NCBI GenBank assembly: GCA_964016885.1
Contig: OZ024742.1
Location: 360,778,001 to 360,842,000 of the forward strand
DNA: 64,000 nucleotides
Reading direction: 5' to 3'
From: Eledone cirrhosa
Taxonomy: Eukaryota
The translations under genes were made by a program, and so were the position numbers. Positions 54,684 through 64,000 of the stretch are shown here, piece after piece. The stretch's first letter is position 1; every line of letters begins with the position of its first letter. A model generated the notes under the pieces. That model was not told where the DNA came from, did not search any database, and was given only the letters and a program-made list of their open reading frames with translations.

Positions 54684-55000
54684 ATCATCATCATTGTTGT
54701 TTAACGTCCATTTTCCACGCTAGCATGGGTAGGACGGGCTGTCAGAGGACAGTGTTTTACTCACACAAGGCTGATTTTGTCTTGGTTTCTACAGCTGGAT
54801 GCCCTTCCTGACACCAACCTCATTTATAGCATGGACTGGGCGCTTTTGCCTCGGCACATACATGACCACTTTACAGTGTGCGCTAGGTGCTTTTTGTCAT
54901 GACAACTACAAGACCACTTTACAGTGTGGACTGGGTGCTTTTGTCTCAACACCTACATGGCCACTATACAGTGAGAGCTGGGCACTTTTGTTATGGCTCC
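54684..55000 (-). mobile_element. 5'-truncated SINE related to 52110-52265, with four internal 47-48-bp tandem repeats
   Basis: (ATC)n-TTTAACGTCCATTTTCCACGCTAGCATGGG...TTTCTACAGCTGGATGCCCTTCCTGACACCAACCTCATTTA is the reverse complement of the 3' half of the plus-strand SINE. Repeat units start at 54817, 54865, 54913 and 54960. Confidence 0.85.
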
Positions 55001-55157
55001 AGGGAGAGTATCAATCGAAAAAATCAACTTCATTCATTCAAAAACCATATCTATTCCCTTACATATGTTTCAAAAGAGATGTCCATCCAACTTTTTGAAA
55101 TGTTGGGAAACATTTCGCACAATCTGGATAATTCTCTAATTTCCTTCAAGAATTGTT

Positions 55158-55159
<2 letters not shown>

Positions 55160-55208
<49 letters not shown>
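55160..55208. repeat. (TA)n microsatellite, about 24 units
   Basis: Read directly. Confidence 0.98.
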
Positions 55209-55211
<3 letters not shown>

Positions 55212-55347
55212 TTCAAAATATTAACAAAATAGATATTCTTGTGATCAAGTATATTTTATTATACATATTTCAGTATCTCTGAAATATGTATAATAAAATA
55301 TACTTGATCACAAGAATATCTATTTTGTTAATATTTTGAATTAATAT
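55205..55347. repeat. Perfect inverted repeat, 69-bp arms, 5-nt spacer
   Basis: Arms 55205-55273 and 55279-55347 are exact reverse complements, checked base by base; spacer TATCT. The ORF track shows the same peptide ILIQNINKIDILVIKYILLYIFQ on both strands. Confidence 0.97.
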
Positions 55348-55440
55348 TAATAACTCTGGAAAACCATGCTTGTTGAGTGCTTCCAATCTATTGTAAAACT
55401 CATTCTTTGATTTATTCATTGAACCTTGTTTAACCTTTAA

Positions 55441-55460
55441 ATATATATATATATATATAT
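55441..55460. repeat. (AT)10 microsatellite
   Basis: Read directly. Confidence 0.97.
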
Positions 55461-55574
55461 GAGAACAAAGTAGAGGTGTTCCATAAGACATTGCTCAATC
55501 TTGGTTACAAATGTCTCCCAAACAGTTGGCTCGTGATACAGAGTGACGCTCCAGATCAGATTCCATATATGTGG

Positions 55575-55705
55575 TGAGCTTCATCAGTTTCCACGTACCA
55601 AATCCCACTCAGAAGTCAGTGGTCAGCCTGAGACCATTATAAGATACCACACAACACGACTGAAATGAGGAGCACGTGGTTGGGAAGAAAACCCCCTAAC
55701 ACGAC
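55575..55705 (-). mobile_element. Heavily decayed tRNA-derived SINE 5' portion
   Basis: GCTTCATCAGTTTCC..TACCAAATCCCACTCA...TGGTCAGCC...GACTGAA...CACGTGGTTGGGAAG resembles, from recollection, the reverse complement of a common octopus SINE head. The promoter boxes are degraded. Confidence 0.35.
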
Positions 55706-55800
55706 TATATAATCTATATATAGATATATTTCTACAATATATTTATCTGCTACACTCTTCCTTGCTTGTGCATAAACTACCTGGCTTCGTCATTTACATT

Positions 55801-56150
55801 ATACACACACACACACATAGATGTACACACACACATATAGATGTATACACACACACACACACACACACACATATAGATGTACACACACACACACACACAT
55901 ATATATGTACACATACACACACACATACATGTACACACACACACACACATAGATGTACACACACACACATAGATGTACACATACACACATAGATGTACAC
56001 ATACACACACACACACATATATGTACACACACACACACAGATGTACACATACACACATGCACACACACATAGATGTACACATACACACACACATAGATGT
56101 ACGCATATACACACACACATACAGATGTACTCATACACACACCATCCTAC
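55801..56150. repeat. Minisatellite TAGATGTA(CA)n
   Basis: Around ten AGATGTA cores separated by variable CA tracts. Confidence 0.92.
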
Positions 56151-56230
56151 ACACACACATTGGCAATCACACATTCACCATTACACTCCTACTCACCATC
56201 ACACACACACACACACGTGTGTTTATAAAA

Positions 56231-57219
56231 GATATATTGTGGATAAAAGTATTGCAGTGTTTCTAACTTTGTTTTTCTTCATATACTGAATACATCTGTC
56301 GTGTTACATCATCTCACACACAGCATCTCACACACACAGCATCTCACACACAGCATCTCACACACAGCATCTCACACACACACAGCATCTCACACACACA
56401 GCATCTCACACACACAGCATCTCACACACACAGCATCTCACACACAGCATCTCACACACACAGCATCTCACACACAGCATCTCACACACAGCATCTCACA
56501 CATACAGCATCTTACACACACAGCATCTCACACACAGAGCATCTCACACACACAGCATCTCACACACACAGCATCTCACACACACAGCATCTCACACACA
56601 CAGCATCTCACACACAGCATCTCACACACACAGCATCTCACACACACAGCATCTCACACACACAGCATCTCACACACACAGCATCTCACACACACAGCAT
56701 CTCACACACAGCATCTCACACACACAGCATCTCACACACACAGCATTTCTCACACACAGCATCTCACACACACAGCATCTCACACATACAGCATCTCACA
56801 CACACAGCATCTCACACACAGCATCTCACACACACAGCATCTCACCCATACAGCATCTCACACACAGCATCTCACACACACAGCATCTCACACACACAGC
56901 ATCTCACACACAGCATCTCACACACACAGCATCTCACACATACAGCATCTCACACACACAGCATCTCACACACAGCATCTCACACACACAGCATCTCACA
57001 CACACAGCATTTCTCACACACAGCATCTCACACACACAGCATCTCACACACACAGCATCTCACACACAGCATCTCACACACACAGCATCTCACACACACA
57101 ACATCTCACACACACAGCATCTCACACACAGCATCTCACGATATATTGTGGATAAAAGTATTGCAGTGTTTCTAACTTTGTTTTTCTTCATATACTGAAT
57201 ACATCTGTCGTGTTACATC
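56231..57219. repeat. Exact 80-bp direct repeat of the satellite-2 flank (56231-56310 and 57140-57219)
   Basis: GATATATTGTGGATAAAAG...CTGTCGTGTTACATC is identical at both sites, offset 909 bp. Confidence 0.95.
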
Positions 57220-60200
57220 ATCTCACACACAGCATCTCACACACACAGCATCTCTCACACAGCATCTCACACACAGCATCTCACACACACAGCATCTCAC
57301 ACACACAGCATCTCACCCATACAGCATCTCACACACACAGCATCTCACACACAGCATCTCACACACACAGCATCTCTCACACACAGCATTTCTCACACAC
57401 AGCATCTCACACACACAGCATCTCACACATACAGCATCTCACACACACAGCATCTCACACACAGCATCTCACACACACAGCATCTCACACACAGCATCTC
57501 ACACACACACAGCATCTCACACACACAGCATCTCACACACACAGCATCTCACACATACAGCATCTCACACACACAGCATCTCACACACACAGCATCTCAC
57601 ACACACAGCATCTCACACACAGCATCTCACACACAGCATCTCACACACACAGCATCTCACACATATAGCATCTCACACACAGCATCTCACACACACAGCA
57701 TCTCACACACACAGCATCTCACACACAGCATCTCACACACAGCATCTCACACACACAGCATCTCACACACACAGCATCTCACACACACAGCATCTCACAC
57801 ACAGCATCTCACACACACAGCATCTCACACACACAGCATCTCACACACACAGCATCTCACACATACAGCATCTCACACACAGCATCTCACACACACAGCA
57901 TCTCACACACACAGGATCTCACACACACAGCATCTCACATACACAGCATCTCACACACAGCATCTCACACACAGCATCTCACACACACAGCATCTCACAC
58001 ACACAGCATCTCACACACACAGCATCTCACACACAGCATCTCACACACACAGCATCTCACACACACAGCATCTCACACACACAGCATCTCACACATACAG
58101 CATCTCACACACAGCATCTCACACACACAGCATCTCACACACACAGGATCTCACACACACAGCATCTCACACACACAGCATCTCACACACACAGCATCTC
58201 ACACACAGCATCTCACACATACAGCATCACACACACACAGCATCTCACACACACAGCATCTCACACACACAGCATCTCACACACAGCATCTGACACATAA
58301 AGCATCTCACACACACAGCATCTCACACACACAGCATCTCACACACACAGCATCTCACATACACAGCATCTCACACACACAGGATCTCACACACACAGCA
58401 TCTCACACACACAGCATCTCACATACACAGGATCTCACACACACAGCATCTCACACACACAGCATCTCACACACACAGCATCTCACACACACAGCATCTC
58501 ACACATACAGCATCTCACACACACAGCATCTCACACACAGCATCTCACACACAGCATCTCACACACAGCATCTCACATACACAGCATCTCACACACAGCA
58601 TCTCACACACAGCATCTCACACACACAGCATCTCACACACACAGCATCTCACACACACAGCATCTCACACACAGCATCTCACACACACAGCATCTCACAC
58701 ACACAGCATCTCACACACACAGCATCTCACACATACAGCATCTCACACAAAGCATCTCACACACAGCATCTCACACACAGCATCTCACACACAGCATCTC
58801 ACACACACAGCATCTCTCACACAGCATCTCACACACAGCATCTCACACACACAGCATCTCACACATACAGCATCTCACACACAGCATCTCACACACAGCA
58901 TCTCACACACAGCATCTCACACACACAGCATCTCACACACACAGCATCTCCCACACACAGCATCTCACACACAGCATCTCACACACACAGCATCTCACAC
59001 ACACAGCATCTCACACACACAGCATCTCACACATACAGCATCTCACACACAGCATCTCACACACACATCATCTCACACACACAGGATCTCACACACACAG
59101 CATCTCACACACACAGCATCTCACACACACAGCATCTCACACACAGCATCTCACACATACAGCATCACACACACACAGCATCTCACACACACAGCATCTC
59201 ACACACACAGCATCTCACACACAGCATCTGACACATAAAGCATCTCACACACACAGCATCTCACACACACAGCATCTCACACACACAGCATCTCACACAC
59301 ACAGCATCTCACACATACAGCATCTCGCACACACAGCATCTCACACACACGCAGCATCTCACACACACAGCATCTCACACACACAGCATCTCACACACAG
59401 CATCTCACACACAGCATCTCACACACAGCATCTCACACACACAGCATCTCACACACACAGCATCTCACACACACAGCATCTCACACATACAGCATCTCAC
59501 ACACAGCATCTCACACACACAGCATCTCACACACACAGCATCTCACACACACAGCATCTCACACACACAGCATCTCACACACACAGCATCTCACACACAC
59601 AGCATCTCACACACAGCATCTCACACACACAGCATCTCACACATACAGCATCTCACACACAGCATCTCACACACACAGCATCTCACACACACAGCATCTC
59701 ACACACATCATCTCACACACAGCATCTCACATACACAGCATCTCACACACACAGCATCTCACACACAGCATCTCACACACACAGCATCTCACACACAGCA
59801 TCTCACACAAACAGCATCTCACACACAGCATCTCACACACAGCATCTCACACACACAGCATCTCACACACACAGCATCTCACACACACAGCATCTCACCC
59901 ACACAGCATCTCACACACACAGCATCTCACACACAGCATCTCACACACGCAGCATCTCACACATACAGCATCTCACACACAGCATTTCACACACACAGCA
60001 TCTCACACACAGCATCTCACATACACAGCATCTCACACACACAGCATCTCACACATAGCATCTCACACACACAGCATCTCACACACACAGCATCTCACAC
60101 ACACAGCATCTCACACACACAGCATCTCACACACAGTACTCAAACATACAGCATCTGACACACAGCATCTCACACACACATCATCTCACACACACAGCAT

Positions 60201-63200
60201 CTCACACACACAGCATCTCACACATACAGCATCTCACACACAGCATCTCACACACACAGCATCTCACACACACAGCATCTCACACATACAGCATCTCACA
60301 CACACAGCATCTCACACACACAGCATCTCACACACAGCATCTCACATACAACATCTCACACACACAGCATCTCACACACACAGCATCCCTCACACAGCAT
60401 CTCACACACAGCATCTCACACACACAGCATCTCACACACACAGCATCTCACCCATACAGCATCTCACACACACAGCATCTCACACACAGCATCTCACACA
60501 CACAGCATCTCACACACACAGCATCTCACACACACAGCATTTCTCACACACAGCATCTCACACACACAGCATCTCACACATACAGCATCTCACACACACA
60601 GCATCTCACACACAGCATCTCACACACACAGCATCTCACACACACAGCATCTCACACACACAGCATTTCTCACACACAGCATCTCACACACACAGCATCT
60701 CACACACACAGCATCTCACACACAGCATCTCACACACACAGCATCTCACACACACAGCATCTCACACACACAGCATCTCACACACAGCATCTCACACACA
60801 CAGCATCTCACACATACAGCATCTCACACACAGCATCTCACACACACACAGCATCTCACACACACAGCATCTCACACACACAGCATCTCACACATACAGC
60901 ATCTCACACACACAGCATCTCACACACACAGCATCTCACACACACATCATCTCACACACAGCATCTCACACACAGCATCTCACACACACAGCATCTCACA
61001 CATATAGCATCTCACACACAGCATCTCACACACACAGCATCTCACACACACAGCATCTCACACACAGCATCTCACACACAGCATCTCACATACACAGCAT
61101 CTCACACACAGCATCTCACACACAGCATCTCACACACAGCATCTCACACACACAGCATCTCACACACACAGCATCTCACACACACAGCATCTCACACACA
61201 GCATCTCACACACACAGCATCTCACACACACAGCATCTCACACACACAGCATCTCACACATACAGCATCTCACACACAGCATCTCACACACACAGCATCT
61301 CACACACACAGGATCTCACACACACAGCATCTCACACACACAGCATCTCACACACACAGCACCTCACACACAGCATCTCACACATACAGCATCACACACA
61401 CACAGCATCTCACACACACAGCATCTCACACACACAGCATCTCACACACAGCATCTGACACATAAAGCATCTCACACACACAGCATCTCACACACACAGC
61501 ATCTCACACACACAGCATCTCACACATACAGCATCTCACACACACAGCATCTCACACACACAGCATCTCACACACACAGCATCTCACACACAGCATCTGA
61601 CACATAAAGCATCTCACACACACAGCATCTCACACACACAGCATCTCACACACACAGCATCTCACACATACAGCATCTCACACACACAGCATCTCACACA
61701 CACAGCATCTCACACACAGCATCTCACACACAGCATCTCACATACACAGCATCTCACACACAGCATCTCACACACAGCATCTCACACACAGCATCTCACA
61801 CACACAGCATCTCACACACACAGCATCTCACACACACAGCATCTCACACACACAGCATCTCACACACACAGCATCTCAGACACACAGCATCTCACACACA
61901 CAGCATCTCACACACACAGCATCTCACACATACAGCATCTCACACACAGCATCTCACACACAGCATCTCACACACAGCATCTCACACACAGCATCTCACA
62001 CACACAGCATCTCTCACACACAGCATCTCACACACACAGCATCTCACACATACAGCATCTCACACACAGCATCTCACACACAGCATCTCACACACAGCAT
62101 CTCACACACACAGCATCTCACACACACAGCATCTCCCACACACAGCATCTCACACACAGCATCTCACACACACAGCATCTCACACACACAGCATCTCACA
62201 CACACAGCATCTCACACATACAGCATCTCACACACAGCATCTCACACACACATCATCTCACACACACAGGATCTCACACACACAGCATCTCACACACACA
62301 GCATCTCACACACACAGCATCTCACACACACAGCATCTCACACACAGCATCTCACACATACAGCATCACACACACACAGCATCTCACACACACAGCATCT
62401 CACACACACAGCATCTCACACACAGCATCTGACACATACAGCATCTCGCACACACAGCATCTCACACACACAGCATCTCACACACACAGCATCTCACACA
62501 TACAGCATCTCGCACACACAGCATCTCACACACACAGCATCTCACACACACAGCATCTCACACACACAGCATCTCACACACAGCATCTCACACACAGCAT
62601 CTCACACACAGCATCTCACACACACAGCATCTCACACACACAGCATCTCACACACACAGCATCTCACAGACATACAGCATCTCACACACACAGCATCTCA
62701 CACACACAGCATCTCACATACACAGCATCTCACACACACAGCATCTCACACACAGCATCTCACACACACAGCATCTCACACACATACAGCATCTCACACA
62801 CAGCATCTCACACACACAGCATCTCACACACACAGCATCTCACACACACAGCATCTCACACATACAGCATCTCACACACACAGCATCTCACACACACAGC
62901 ATCTCACACACAGCATCTCACACACACAGCATCTCACACATACAGCATCTCACACACAGCATCTCACACACACAGCATCTCACACACACAGCATCTCACA
63001 CACATCATCTCACACACAGCATCTCACATACACAGCATCTCACACACACAGCATCTCACACACAGCATCTTACACACACAGCATCTCACACACAGCATCT
63101 CACACACACAGCATCTCACACACACACCATCTCACACACAGCATCTCACACACAGCATCTCACACACACAGCATCTCACACACACAGCATCTCACACACA

Positions 63201-64000
63201 CAGCATCTCACCCACACAGCATCTCACACACACAGCATCTCACACACAGCATCTCACACACGCAGCATCTCACACATACAGCATCTCACACACAGCATTT
63301 CACACACACAGCATCTCACACACAGCATCTCACATACACAGCATCTCACACACACAGCATCTCACACATAGCATCTCACACACACAGCATCTCACACACA
63401 CAGCATCTCACACACACAGCATCTCACACACACAGCATCTCACACACACAGCATCTCACACACACAGCATCTCACACACAGTACTCAAACATACAGCATC
63501 TGACACACAGCATCTCACACACACAGCATCTCACACACACAGCATCTCACACATACAGCATCTCACACACAGCATCTCACACACACAGCATCTCACACAC
63601 ACAGCATCTCACACATACAGCATCTCACACACACAGCATCTCACACACACAGCATCTCACACACACAGCATCTCTCACACAACATCTCACATACAACATC
63701 TCACACACGCAGCATCTCACACACACAGCATCTCTCACACAGCATCTCACACACAGCATCTCACACACACAGCATCTCACACACACAGCATCTCACCCAT
63801 ACAGCATCTCACACACACAGCATCTCACACACAGCATCTCACACACACAGCATCTCACACACACAGCATCTCACACACACAGCATTTCTCACACACAGCA
63901 TCTCACACACACAGCATCTCACACATACAGCATCTCACACACACAGCATCTCACACACAGCATCTCACAAACACAGCATCTCACACACACAGCATCTCAC
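56308..64000. repeat. Satellite GCATCT(CA)4-6 (mostly 14- and 16-bp units), continuing beyond the right edge
   Basis: Read directly; interrupted only at 57140-57219. Confidence 0.99.

Noticed and set aside
51939-55491. Short ORFs of 73-171 aa in the island
   Set aside because: They overlap SINEs, microsatellites or the palindrome. Two share MPFLTPTSF only because they read the same SINE motif.
55052-55568. Minus-strand frame open on both sides of the TA-palindrome block (WNLIWSVTLYHEPTVWETFVTKIEQCLMEHLYFVLIY / KQFLKEIRELSRLCEMFPNISKSWMDISFETY), with a GTAAG donor-like site near 55062
   Set aside because: About 36 codons per side is within chance, there is no recognisable motif and the acceptor context is weak. 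A BLASTP/TBLASTN hit or spliced reads would revive it.
55625-55650. Origin of the 15-mer from a SINE-internal TATAGTAGAAGAC-like motif
   Set aside because: This rests on my recollection of a SINE consensus; the local copy (GAGACCATTATAAGATAC) is too decayed to support it.
55762-57668. His/Thr-rich and Cys/Val-rich ORFs
   Set aside because: These are translations of (CA)n/(TG)n-based repeats.

Overview
Eukaryotic, gene-free, repeat-dominated DNA. The SINE/LINE motifs, (ATG)n tails and dense microsatellites suggest an octopod cephalopod; this is inferred from recalled repeat families, not from a search. Three parts: (1) 1-51451, a >51 kb array of the 15-bp unit GACTG[T/G]TATAGTAG[A/T] with nested higher-order duplications and an indel-rich middle zone; (2) 51452-56310, a ~4.9 kb island of retroposon and transposon debris (RTE and CR1 LINE 3' ends, tRNA/CORE SINEs, tail-only modules, a TTAA-flanked piggyBac-type MITE, a perfect 69-bp-arm palindrome, microsatellites); (3) 56308-64000, a second satellite GCATCT(CA)4-6 that runs off the window. 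The long ORFs in the track are by-products of stop-free repeat frames. I found no protein-coding gene, rRNA, true tRNA or CRISPR array, and no multi-gene system. The most unusual items are structural.
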